A stretch of DNA of 41,447 nt, from positions 1 to 41,447 of the IMG/VR virus record IMGVR_UViG_3300028388_003367; one strand, given 5' to 3'. The stretch comes from a virus (taxonomy: Duplodnaviria; Caudoviricetes). This document shows, one piece after another, positions 1 through 7,935 of the stretch (the stretch's first letter is position 1; each line of letters starts with the position of its first letter). The position numbers and the translations under genes were made by a program. The notes under the pieces are model-generated. The model was given only the letters and a program-made list of their open reading frames with translations. It was not told where the DNA came from and did no database searches.

Positions 1-99
1 CACCGGAATGTTTCCGTACTCGCGTGGTCCAGAGGTTCTGGTTGCCGAGGTCAGCGTTGTCGTCCAGCAGCCGGGGCGCTATCAGATCATGGCCCGCCG
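1..99. repeat. 99-bp terminal direct repeat (identical to 41349-41447); circular assembly overlap
   Basis: Exact identity of the first and last 99 nt; an ORF starting at 41257 runs through the join to TGA 116-118. Confidence 0.95.
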
Positions 100-117
100 C
101 ATCAAGGGAGGAGAGTG

Positions 118-369
118 ATGCATGACGCATACGTAGAGACCACGCGCAAGCCGGTGTTCCCCGAGGATGGCGCGGAATACGTGCTCTCGGAATGCGGCGA
201 CGCGCCCGGCGAGCTGGTTCTATTTGAGTTCCGCCGTCGAGACTGCGCCGAGAACAATCACATGTGGACGCTGACCGGCGATCAGGCGGAAGCGCTAGGC
301 AGGATGCTGCTCGCTTGGCGCGACGGGATTTCGCAGGAGAATGATGCAGGCGAGGAGGATCAGCGATGA
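118..369 (+). CDS. hypothetical protein
   Basis: GGAGGAG SD, TGATG coupling upstream, ATGA overlap with the next gene. Confidence 0.7.
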   Translation: MHDAYVETTRKPVFPEDGAEYVLSECGDAPGELVLFEFRRRDCAENNHMWTLTGDQAEALGRMLLAWRDGISQENDAGEEDQR

Positions 370-1049
370 GCAACCGAGACGAGTTCGAGGCGTGGATCAG
401 CGCGCCGCCGTATGAGCGCAGAATCGACCGTTTCCCCGGCTCGCGTGACACGCCGTGGCCGGGCCAGTACCGCGACGCAGACGTAGATCAGGCGTGGCGC
501 GCGTGGGAAGAAGCCACGAAGCGGGCGGAGGCCGAGCGCGACGCAATGCTCGCGCGGGAGGCTGCGCTCACGGAAGAAGATTCCGCACTCGACGGTTTCC
601 TAAAGGACGATGACGACAGCGTGCTCATCAAGCATCGGCGCAAGACGCTGGCGCAGGACGACACCCAGGACGAAGCTGTGCCGCCTCCGGAGACTGGGCT
701 CCGAGCTGCAGCTACCGCTATGCACGAGGCGATGACCGTTTTGATCGAAAAAAGCGAGGGCGTCGCGGGCTTTCATCCGAATGGGGACGTAGCGCTTTGG
801 GAAGAGCTGTTGGGCGGCGGGCATTACGAGGCCTGGCTCGGCGTCGCACTTGACGATCTTGCTGCCGCTCTCCATGTCGAGGCGCCGCAGAAGGACGAGC
901 GCGAAGGCTGGCTTGATGGAGGCAGGGTTCAAGGTTGCCGAGAAATCCTGAATCTTTGCCTGCTCGACGACAGCAAGCGCTGCGCTGCGATGATACTTCC
1001 TGCGGAGGGGACTTACCGCGTCCTGCTGAAGAAGGTGGAGGAGGAATGA
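366..1049 (+). CDS. hypothetical mosaic phage protein
   Basis: GAGGAGG SD, coupled at both ends; segments typical of phage accessory proteins (RDEFEAW..., GVAGFHPNGD...). Confidence 0.75.
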   Translation: MSNRDEFEAWISAPPYERRIDRFPGSRDTPWPGQYRDADVDQAWRAWEEATKRAEAERDAMLAREAALTEEDSALDGFLKDDDDSVLIKHRRKTLAQDDTQDEAVPPPETGLRAAATAMHEAMTVLIEKSEGVAGFHPNGDVALWEELLGGGHYEAWLGVALDDLAAALHVEAPQKDEREGWLDGGRVQGCREILNLCLLDDSKRCAAMILPAEGTYRVLLKKVEEE

Positions 1050-1234
1050 GTCCCGGCACGCGCGTTATCAGCTTGCAGATATGGATTGCAGCCCTTGCCG
1101 TACACAACGAGCAGGCATGGGTCATCGTCGCAATGATGTGTATCTGTGCAGCTATTGAGTGCTTGGCACCTGACCGGCAAAAAGACGAAGACAGCATCAG
1201 GCGCTACTGGCAAATTCCCCGTGATGATGGATAA
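1046..1234 (+). CDS. small predicted membrane protein
   Basis: ATGA overlap, strong SD, hydrophobic N-terminal half. Confidence 0.55.
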   Translation: MSPGTRVISLQIWIAALAVHNEQAWVIVAMMCICAAIECLAPDRQKDEDSIRRYWQIPRDDG

Positions 1235-1252
1235 GAACGAGGAGGAAAGAGC

Positions 1253-1687
1253 ATGATCCTGAAAGCAATCAAGTTCTGTATCGCGTGGGTCATGATGCGA
1301 GCGCTCGTGTTCATCCTGCTCGCCGTGATCGGCCTGTTTGTTCTGTGGTCCTCCGTGGCCGCCGCCGAGCCCCCGTTCGACAACGTCATCCGCGTGACGG
1401 TGCCGACGGAGCTGCTCGAGGTCGCCAACGTCACGGAGCTCTCTGCCACCTGTACCGAGGTGCGCGGGCGAGGGGAGCTGACGAAGCGGGCCGAGGGCAC
1501 CATCGGCGCACAGACCGACCTGACGTTCTCCGAGGGCGAACTCGGCCTTGGGCGCTGGACCTGCACGGCAGAAGCAACGTTCACCACTGGCGCTTCGATC
1601 AGCTTCTTCGTCACGGGAGGACCCACCGACCCTTTTGTGTCGGTGGACCGGACGACTGCGACCCTTCAGGTGGAGGCGAACCCGTAA
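1253..1687 (+). CDS. signal-peptide/TM-anchored beta-rich (Ig-like) protein
   Basis: GAGGAGG SD; hydrophobic N-terminus ending VAAA-EPP; Thr-rich beta-strand pattern with a Cys pair. Confidence 0.7.
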   Translation: MILKAIKFCIAWVMMRALVFILLAVIGLFVLWSSVAAAEPPFDNVIRVTVPTELLEVANVTELSATCTEVRGRGELTKRAEGTIGAQTDLTFSEGELGLGRWTCTAEATFTTGASISFFVTGGPTDPFVSVDRTTATLQVEANP

Positions 1688-1941
1688 CGCTCACTTGGGC
1701 GCCACCCTCCGAGCGCATCGACGGCACGCGACTGGGGGATGATCTCGTGGGCTTCCGTATCTACTTCGGCCCTCGCGAGAATCCCCTGTCGAACGTGGTG
1801 GAGATCCGCGATCCATCGGCGACGAGTGCGGTGCTGGAGATCACCGACAGCCCCGGCCTGTACTACTTTACGGTGACGGCCGTGGATCGCATGGGCCGGG
1901 AGAGTGGGTTCTCAGAGCTGGTCAGCAAACGCATCCCATGA
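1684..1941 (+). CDS. fibronectin type III domain in the -1 frame with no canonical start; probable frameshift extension of 1253-1687
   Basis: VTLTWAPP...GFRIYFG...YYFTVTAVDRMGRESGFS is an FN3 signature; there is no ATG/GTG/TTG at the domain start. Confidence 0.7.
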   Translation, partial: VTLTWAPPSERIDGTRLGDDLVGFRIYFGPRENPLSNVVEIRDPSATSAVLEITDSPGLYYFTVTAVDRMGRESGFSELVSKRIP

Positions 1942-1988
1942 CACACGCAAGCTCGGTCTCCGCTCCGTCCTGTCCAAGACAAATTGAA

Positions 1989-4487
1989 TCAGGCGGCGAT
2001 GACCCAGGCCGATCCTGACCAAAACAGGAGGTACACGCGGATGTTGTCGAGGGTGAGGTCAGACCCGGAGGTGGTCACGATGTTTCCGGTGCCGTTGTTG
2101 AGTGTGACGGCCGAGCTTCCGGTGATGGCGCGCACGTAGAGGACGGTGTTGTTCTGGATGGTGTAGTCGGCGGTGAAGCTATCCACGGAGGACGCGACTC
2201 CGAGGTTAAACGTGACGGACGCATATCCCGAGACGTTGATGGACTGATTGGCGCCGGTTGTGGTCCATGCAAGCGAGACGGGAGCGACGGCACGGCCTAT
2301 TTCGCGCCATCCGCCCTCGTAGCGTTTGAGGGTAAGCGAGTCGCCGTTGGTGAGCGGAAACCAGGGGCTTTTGATGAGGAATCCGGTGCGCGGCTGGATG
2401 AACGTGGTGGTAGTTGCCGGTGTGATGTTGGTGGCGAGGAGGGTCAGCTCGTCGTTGACGTTGGGGGAGTAGGTATCAAGCGCGGTGATTTCGCCTGCCG
2501 TGCCGTCGACGAACCAGGTATCCCAGCCGTACACGTCGGCCTCGCCGGAGGACACGGATAGGGAGTTTGGTGCGGGGCTGCCGTACCGTACAAGGTTGGC
2601 GTACGTGTGCCCTTCCACAACCGGGTTGTTGATCGAGACGTTTTTGACCGACGATGCGAACCTGAAGTTGAACGGGGCATCGGTGCTGGCGTTCGCGGCG
2701 AACAAGCCTCCGTTGACATGGATGCCGTCTATGTCCGCGCCGGTGTCGGCGTACACAGCCGAGGTTGAGTACGTCCGGCATTGGACGTTGTTGAGCACGA
2801 CAGACTCGATGGTTTCGCCCGAGTCGAAGAAGATCGGGGTGCTCCCTAGTTCGAAATAGCAACTGTCGAGCTGAAGGCCGCGGACGCCGGAGACGTTCAT
2901 AATCGCCCCAGTCGTGTTCGCTTTTCCGAACAGGCAGTTGGTGAATTTCATGCGGCCCGCGGTCGTAATGGAGCCGGTGCCGGTGCCTGTGGGCAGGATG
3001 CGTATTGCTGGCCGCGGCATGGATCGCGTGACGTGCAGGCCGGCGAACTCGCACTCGATCAGGACGCCCTCGAGCCAAACGCCCTCTTGAGTCAAGGAGG
3101 TCGTTTCCAGCTTGACCTTATCCACGCGCCAGGACTGGATGAACGACGTGTCAGGATCGCCCGAAAACGGGTTGAGCCCATGCGCCCGGATGCCGTATTC
3201 GAAGCTGCGCAGGCGCAGGTCGTACGTGCCGAACTGGTCGACGAACGATTCGGCTTGCGGCGAGAGGTCGATGCAGTAGACGCCCGAGTCGAGCCCGGTG
3301 CCGTTAATCGAGAACCCACGGACGTTGGCGCGCACGACGGAGAAGTAGGCACTTGCCGCTGGGTCTACCCCATCGGTGTCGAAGCCATCTGCCGTGACCG
3401 GAGTGCGGATGATCGAATCACTGCTGTCGTATGCGAGGAGCTCCGTGCCCGGCCAAGTTCCGACGAGGGACACCCATTTGCGCAGCACATAATTGCCGGC
3501 GAAGCCGCCGGGCGGGAAATGCACAACGCCCCCAAACCGGCGCACCAGATGATCCCTCGCCGCGTTGTAGGCCAGCGTGTTCGGCGTCACGTTGTCGCCC
3601 TTGCCGCCGAACTCGGCGATGCTGACGCCGCCTTGAAGCAACGGCACTCGACGCCATACGCCCGACCCGGATCCTGGCGTGAACCATGCGGCCTGCTGAG
3701 CCGTGCTCGTCCAGTCGCTCGGGAACGGGCGGTCGGGGTCGATGATGTAGCCGCCATCATGATCCGCCTTGTTGCCATCGGCGTCCCATTCGAAAATGCC
3801 GCCGCCCCCGTATTCTTCCGCTTCGTACAACTCGGTTGCGGTCCTGTCCGGCGCATGGAACCGCAGGACCAGCGCGACATCGCCGTCGCTCGGCGACAGC
3901 GCCAGAAGCGTCGACATCGTCGCAGCGGTCGCGTAATTGCCGGCCGTGAACGCCAGCGACGAGACGTAATCGAGATTGACGGCATCCGACCCGCTCGAGG
4001 GCGCAGGCAACCCCGTGACGGTTGCCGAACCGTCGAAAGTCATGTCGGAGGTGTGCTCGAGCGTGGCCGGAGACGCCAGATTCGCGCGGTCGATCCGCTC
4101 GTTCGTGTCCTGGATCATGTGCACGATCTTGTCGAGCTGGAACTCAAGGCTGCGCTGGTTGAGCGGCCCCGCGTTGCCGATGCCCGTGTCCTGCTCGACG
4201 TCCTGAGCCCGGTACAGCGCCAACAGCCAGTTCGCCGGCGGCGCCGTGTTGAACGTCACCGTGACCGACTCGTAGCGGTTCGTGGTGGCGTTGAGGCTGC
4301 CCGTGACCGTGTAGTCGTAGGTGCCACTGCCGTCCTTCGTGCCCGTCTTGACGACGTTCGGATTAGAGTCGTCGTAGAGCTCGACGACCACGTCGGCGAG
4401 ATCGAACACCTCGTAGCTGAACGAGAATGCGACCGTGCTGCCGTCTCCGGTGTAGCGGTCGATGGGCGTGGCTTCGGCGACAGTCAT
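1989..4487 (-). CDS. tail fiber/tailspike: T7 gp17-like N-terminal adaptor plus beta-helix (pectate lyase-like) depolymerase
   Basis: YTGDGSTVAFSFSYEVF...LEFQLDKIVHMIQ head; SIAEFGGKGDNVTPNTLAYNAA...VHFPPG beta-helix start; GGAG SD before ATG 4487. Confidence 0.85.
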   Translation of the reverse strand: MTVAEATPIDRYTGDGSTVAFSFSYEVFDLADVVVELYDDSNPNVVKTGTKDGSGTYDYTVTGSLNATTNRYESVTVTFNTAPPANWLLALYRAQDVEQDTGIGNAGPLNQRSLEFQLDKIVHMIQDTNERIDRANLASPATLEHTSDMTFDGSATVTGLPAPSSGSDAVNLDYVSSLAFTAGNYATAATMSTLLALSPSDGDVALVLRFHAPDRTATELYEAEEYGGGGIFEWDADGNKADHDGGYIIDPDRPFPSDWTSTAQQAAWFTPGSGSGVWRRVPLLQGGVSIAEFGGKGDNVTPNTLAYNAARDHLVRRFGGVVHFPPGGFAGNYVLRKWVSLVGTWPGTELLAYDSSDSIIRTPVTADGFDTDGVDPAASAYFSVVRANVRGFSINGTGLDSGVYCIDLSPQAESFVDQFGTYDLRLRSFEYGIRAHGLNPFSGDPDTSFIQSWRVDKVKLETTSLTQEGVWLEGVLIECEFAGLHVTRSMPRPAIRILPTGTGTGSITTAGRMKFTNCLFGKANTTGAIMNVSGVRGLQLDSCYFELGSTPIFFDSGETIESVVLNNVQCRTYSTSAVYADTGADIDGIHVNGGLFAANASTDAPFNFRFASSVKNVSINNPVVEGHTYANLVRYGSPAPNSLSVSSGEADVYGWDTWFVDGTAGEITALDTYSPNVNDELTLLATNITPATTTTFIQPRTGFLIKSPWFPLTNGDSLTLKRYEGGWREIGRAVAPVSLAWTTTGANQSINVSGYASVTFNLGVASSVDSFTADYTIQNNTVLYVRAITGSSAVTLNNGTGNIVTTSGSDLTLDNIRVYLLFWSGSAWVIAA

Positions 4488-4528
4488 AGCAGGCTCCGCG
4501 GGAAGGGTTGACAGGCGCGACGCCCTGC

Positions 4529-4557
4529 ATATTACGCGCGGTCTATCACTATCGCAC
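4529..4557 (-). promoter_or_regulatory. putative late promoter of the tailspike (GTGCGA-tag-TGATAGA-N7-TAATAT)
   Basis: Same layout as the motif upstream of the capsid gene (18405-18433). Confidence 0.55.
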
Positions 4558-4583
4558 CGTCGATAGGCACCATGATTGGTGCG

Positions 4584-4608
4584 CCAGTGTGACAGTGCGT
4601 GATACAAT
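4584..4608 (+). promoter_or_regulatory. CAGTG-N3-CAGTG operator next to a TACAAT -10 box
   Basis: ccagtgtgacagtgcgtgatacaat; the motif recurs at other intergenic sites. Confidence 0.6.
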
Positions 4609-4645
4609 GGCGGTTCCATTCATCCGCAATCAGAGGGCGGACAGC

Positions 4646-4969
4646 ATGAAGATCGAGAAAGGCCACGCACTTCCAGAGAAGACGCCGTCGAGCAAGTACC
4701 CGTTCGCCGACATGGAGATCGGTGACAGCTTCCTCGCGCCGGCGGAGCAGAATGAATCGACCGTCCGCAGCGCCGCGGCCCGGTTCGAGAAGGCCACCGG
4801 CAAGCGCTTCATCTTCGAGAAGCGCGACCAGACCAAGCACGGCGAGACCGGCCTGCGTTGCTGGCGCGTCGACCCGGCGCAGTACCCGAAGCGCACGCGC
4901 ACGCGGACGCCGAAGGCCGAGGCCGAGACCCCGGTCGACACCGCGCAGAGCCAGGCGGTGGGGTTCTGA
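4646..4969 (+). CDS. conserved phage protein (KYPFADMEIGDSF type), possibly DNA-binding
   Basis: Recognisable MKIEKG..KYPF..GDSF..RCWRV motif; GAGGG SD. Confidence 0.75.
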   Translation: MKIEKGHALPEKTPSSKYPFADMEIGDSFLAPAEQNESTVRSAAARFEKATGKRFIFEKRDQTKHGETGLRCWRVDPAQYPKRTRTRTPKAEAETPVDTAQSQAVGF

Positions 4970-5045
4970 CATTCACGGAAGCCGTGATTCACGCGCACCC
5001 GGAGTGGAGCGATCTGCTCCGGGGCGCATGATCGGGAGGAGTACC

Positions 5046-5480
5046 ATGAAACACCACTTCGACAGCAACCTGCTGACGTACTTCGACCGCGAGCTCAGCA
5101 AGCTCGAGGACGACAGCACCACCCTCGGAGAAGTCCGCGATCTGCTTGAGAGCATTGACGTCACGCTCGACATCAAGTCGTTCTTCGCCGGGAGCTCCGG
5201 GAACTACTCCGGCCTGCCCGAAAACAGCCGCGAGTCCGAGCCGCTCGAGATCGAGTACGACATCGTCGTCGAGGAGCCGCACGACGAGTGCCGGCGGATC
5301 CTGACCGAGCTGATCGAGGTCGAGTACGACATCGTCGTCGAGGAGCCGCACGACGAGTGCCGGCGGATCCTGACCGAGCTGATCGAGGTCGTCCTGGGCG
5401 GCGATCACTTCCACGTCCGCGCCATCCACGAGGCCCGGGAACAGATCGTCAGCGCCCGCATCGTTGACCCGGAACTGTGA
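5046..5480 (+). CDS. acidic hypothetical protein with an internal 23-aa duplication
   Basis: GGAGGAG SD; ORF. Confidence 0.75.
   Translation: MKHHFDSNLLTYFDRELSKLEDDSTTLGEVRDLLESIDVTLDIKSFFAGSSGNYSGLPENSRESEPLEIEYDIVVEEPHDECRRILTELIEVEYDIVVEEPHDECRRILTELIEVVLGGDHFHVRAIHEAREQIVSARIVDPEL
5251..5391 (+). repeat. exact 69-bp in-frame tandem duplication
   Basis: 5251-5319 equals 5320-5388 (EYDIVVEEPHDECRRILTELIEV twice). Confidence 0.95.
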
Positions 5481-5494
5481 CAGTGCGACACTGG
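5464..5494 (+). promoter_or_regulatory. promoter (TTGACC-17-GACACT) overlapped by operator TGTGACAGTGCGACACTGG
   Basis: Sequence; near-perfect inverted copy at 5778-5796. Confidence 0.65.
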
Positions 5495-5520
5495 TTCACA
5501 CCCTTCCCCGGAGAGCGACG

Positions 5521-5697
5521 ATGCAGAACGACGAGAATCTGAAGGGGCGTCGCGTGACGACCTACCTCGAGAGCGAGGAGAACCGAGAGCGGCTGCGCCA
5601 GCTCGCGTTCACCCGCGGGCTCAGCATGAGCCGGCTGGCGCGTGATCTGCTGGAAAGCGAGATCGAGCGGCTGTGGTTCGAGAAGGCCGTCAAGTAG
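5521..5697 (+). CDS. ribbon-helix-helix (Arc/CopG-like) transcriptional regulator
   Basis: RRVTTYL strand followed by ENRERLRQLAFTRGLSMSRLARDLL helix-turn-helix pattern; GGAGAG SD. Confidence 0.75.
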   Translation: MQNDENLKGRRVTTYLESEENRERLRQLAFTRGLSMSRLARDLLESEIERLWFEKAVK

Positions 5698-5777
5698 CCC
5701 CGCCCCGGGGCCGCGGCGGGAGGAGGGAGGTTCCGCGAGCCCCGGGGCAAGACATGGGTGTGCTGGAGCACCCAGCG

Positions 5778-5796
5778 CCAGTGTAGCACTGTCACA
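5778..5796. promoter_or_regulatory. operator CCAGTGTAGCACTGTCACA just upstream of the SD of 5811
   Basis: 18/19 reverse-complement match to 5476-5494. Confidence 0.65.
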
Positions 5797-5810
5797 ACGA
5801 GGAGCAACAC

Positions 5811-6035
5811 ATGGACATCTCACCCTTCATCAGCATGCTGCCCAAGGCCGCGCAGGGCATGCTGAAGGCTCACCGCGACATGGTCCGCGTGAAGCCCATG
5901 CCCCACGTCACCTGGAACCGCCTCGACTACGACCTGGTTGAGCGCGCCGTCCGCGACGCCTGCAAGCATCGGGGGATCCAGTTCGAGATGCCTCTCGAGC
6001 TCGACGGGGCCGTGCTGCGGAGATTCGAGGGATGA
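5811..6035 (+). CDS. hypothetical protein
   Basis: GAGGAG SD; coupled to the next gene. Confidence 0.7.
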   Translation: MDISPFISMLPKAAQGMLKAHRDMVRVKPMPHVTWNRLDYDLVERAVRDACKHRGIQFEMPLELDGAVLRRFEG

Positions 6036-6409
6036 CCGACCCCAACCACTGCCGCGACTGCGGCACACCGCTCTGCGCGCACAACAGCTCGAATGAGGCC
6101 GGCGTGTGCGGAGGGTGTTTTCGGAGGAGGAGGATTACGATGTATGAAGCAACAAAGCTCGCGATTCGGATTGCGCAGGATGAAGCCTCGTTGGCAATGG
6201 ACGCTTACCAAGACCGCACCGAATCGGAGGACGACTGGTACATGCTGACGCACTACGAGTTGATCGCTCCGGTGAGGATAACGGAGTTTTGCGGCGATTG
6301 CCGGTGCACAGAGGTAGTCCTTCCCGAAGAACTCGCCGGGGGGCGGGACTGCTACCGACCGACCGACGCTTACCGTGCGCTGATGGCGCTGGATGCTGGG
6401 GAGGGGTGA
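6032..6409 (+). CDS. Cys-rich hypothetical protein (CxxC motifs)
   Basis: ATGA coupling; CRDC/CGGC/CGDC. Confidence 0.65.
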   Translation: MTDPNHCRDCGTPLCAHNSSNEAGVCGGCFRRRRITMYEATKLAIRIAQDEASLAMDAYQDRTESEDDWYMLTHYELIAPVRITEFCGDCRCTEVVLPEELAGGRDCYRPTDAYRALMALDAGEG

Positions 6410-6711
6410 TGAGCTACGAAAAGCGCATACGCGACGCAACGGAAACCGACGACTTTGACCTGCCTTGGATCAACGCCGAGGGCGCGCGCGCAGTTGCTGC
6501 CGAAGCCGACGCGGAAATCGAGCGGCTGCGAAAGGCGCTGGGAAACCTCCTCGCCACTGCAACCGAGCCTGCCCTGGAGCTGGAGGGGCTGAGGGAAGCG
6601 GCGGCAGAGGTGGTGAACGGCACGACCGCGCTGACCCCGGACCGCGCGTTCGTGCGCGTGCCGCGTGAATCGTGGCGCAGGCTCAGAGACGCCCTGAAGG
6701 AGGAGGGGTGA
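6409..6711 (+). CDS. hypothetical protein (coiled-coil AEIERLR type)
   Basis: TGATG coupling, GGGGAGGGG SD. Confidence 0.7.
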   Translation: MSYEKRIRDATETDDFDLPWINAEGARAVAAEADAEIERLRKALGNLLATATEPALELEGLREAAAEVVNGTTALTPDRAFVRVPRESWRRLRDALKEEG

Positions 6712-6728
6712 TGTCAGGAGCTTGTCAG

Positions 6729-6757
6729 TAGACAGCCCCGGACGCTTTGTGTAGCGT
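6729..6757 (+). promoter_or_regulatory. sigma70-like promoter TAGACA-17-TAGCGT for the replication operon
   Basis: Spacing and consensus; palindrome GGACGCT-N6-AGCGTCC overlaps the -10. Confidence 0.5.
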
Positions 6758-6759
6758 CC

Positions 6760-6832
6760 AGAAACTACGAAGCCCCCGACGCATTGCGCGAGGGGGGCTT
6801 CACGACCGAAGGTGTTTGGCCGCACCGGTCGC
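6760..6832 (-). ncRNA. putative ~70-nt antisense (counter-transcribed) RNA with two stem-loops
   Basis: Reverse promoter TTGACC-17-GATCAT (6867-6839); hairpins 6803-6831 and 6769-6801 followed by GUAGUUUCU on the minus strand. Confidence 0.5.
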
Positions 6833-6838
6833 GAGAGG

Positions 6839-7003
6839 ATGATCACGAACGAAAGGGCTCGGGTCAACTCTCCCCACCGAATCATTCCTGCCATTCATCA
6901 TTTGGTCGCGGCCTGCACAGGCCGGCGCGTGTGCGCCTGCCTGGCTCGAAAAGCGGGTGTGGCGGGTGTCCTTGATTGGGCGACGTGGCGCTGCAGGTCG
7001 TGA
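6839..7003 (+). CDS. possible leader peptide (MITNERAR...)
   Basis: GAGAGG SD directly after a hairpin; no recognisable motif. Confidence 0.3.
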   Translation: MITNERARVNSPHRIIPAIHHLVAACTGRRVCACLARKAGVAGVLDWATWRCRS

Positions 7004-7201
7004 TACGCAAGCGGGACCAGGGACGCCCCATACCCGCACACAAGGCGACGCATACCGAGACCGCCTTGGGGCCTTGAACGAACTCGGACGCCCGACGGAG
7101 CCCGACGTGACGGGAGCTGTCGGAGGGTGAGCTGATAATCGTCTCTGTGGGACGAAGGTCACGCTCACCCTCCAGAAACCCTCAGATCAAGGAGCTGTAA
7201 G

Positions 7202-7447
7202 GTGTCAAGGCAAGCGTTGAGGAAGAAGCGGAAGAAGGAGCGCAGGTGGTCGAGACGTCTGGCGCGCGATGCACGTCCGTATTACAACCGAAAGCTGGTT
7301 AAGTTTGTGGAGCTTGTGAATGCCGGCTTGTTTGCAGAGCGCGAAGGCTTTGAGATTGTCACGCGCATCGGAACAGGGCGCGTCAGTCCGCACGACTGGA
7401 AGATAATTCACGAGGTGGTGAATCACTTTGAGGGGTTGCGCAATTGA
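7202..7447 (+). CDS. basic hypothetical protein
   Basis: AAGGAG SD, GTG start, overlaps the next start. Confidence 0.55.
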   Translation: MSRQALRKKRKKERRWSRRLARDARPYYNRKLVKFVELVNAGLFAEREGFEIVTRIGTGRVSPHDWKIIHEVVNHFEGLRN

Positions 7448-7935
7448 CTACCAGACGAGACCTACTCGCCCTGGCGCAGTCGTGGATCGACCGCGGCGAC
7501 CTGATGCTGACGGCCTCGGAATGCGCTGCCGAACTGCGCGCGGCGCTCGACGTTTCATTGCCGCAACCGAGTCAGTGTGCTAGTGTGACATTCGATGATT
7601 TCTGGTCGGTGTACCCGAATCGGAAGGCGAAGAAGGACGCGCAGAAGGCATGGGATCAGGTCGGTCCCGACGACGAGTTGGCGCGGTTCATCGTGGACCA
7701 TGTGCGCGACCGCGCCGCGACCGACTGCCGATGGCTTGACGGGTTCATCCCGCTGCCGGCCACCTTCCTCCGCGGGGAGCGATGGAATGACGAGTTCGAG
7801 CGAGGTGCCGATGAAGCACAGCAGCGAGATTCTCGAAGATATCGGGTACAGCCGGACCGGCGTGCAGGTCAGGTCGGAGGCGACGCGCTCCAGCGATGGC
7901 TCGCGGGGCGGGCGCGATCTTCAGAAGCGACTTGA
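7444..7935 (+). CDS. phage replication initiator-like protein (C-terminal domain type)
   Basis: FDDFWSVYPNRKAKKDAQKAW and FIPLPATFLRGERWNDE motifs. Confidence 0.75.
   Translation: MTTRRDLLALAQSWIDRGDLMLTASECAAELRAALDVSLPQPSQCASVTFDDFWSVYPNRKAKKDAQKAWDQVGPDDELARFIVDHVRDRAATDCRWLDGFIPLPATFLRGERWNDEFERGADEAQQRDSRRYRVQPDRRAGQVGGDALQRWLAGRARSSEAT

Noticed and set aside
1-99. Terminal repeat as a biological DTR
   Set aside because: It is exactly 99 nt and falls mid-gene, which is typical of an assembler k-mer overlap
5476-5796. Invertible segment or MITE bounded by the 19-bp inverted repeat
   Set aside because: No recombinase or transposase is present, and the same motif occurs at other promoters, so an operator is the simpler explanation
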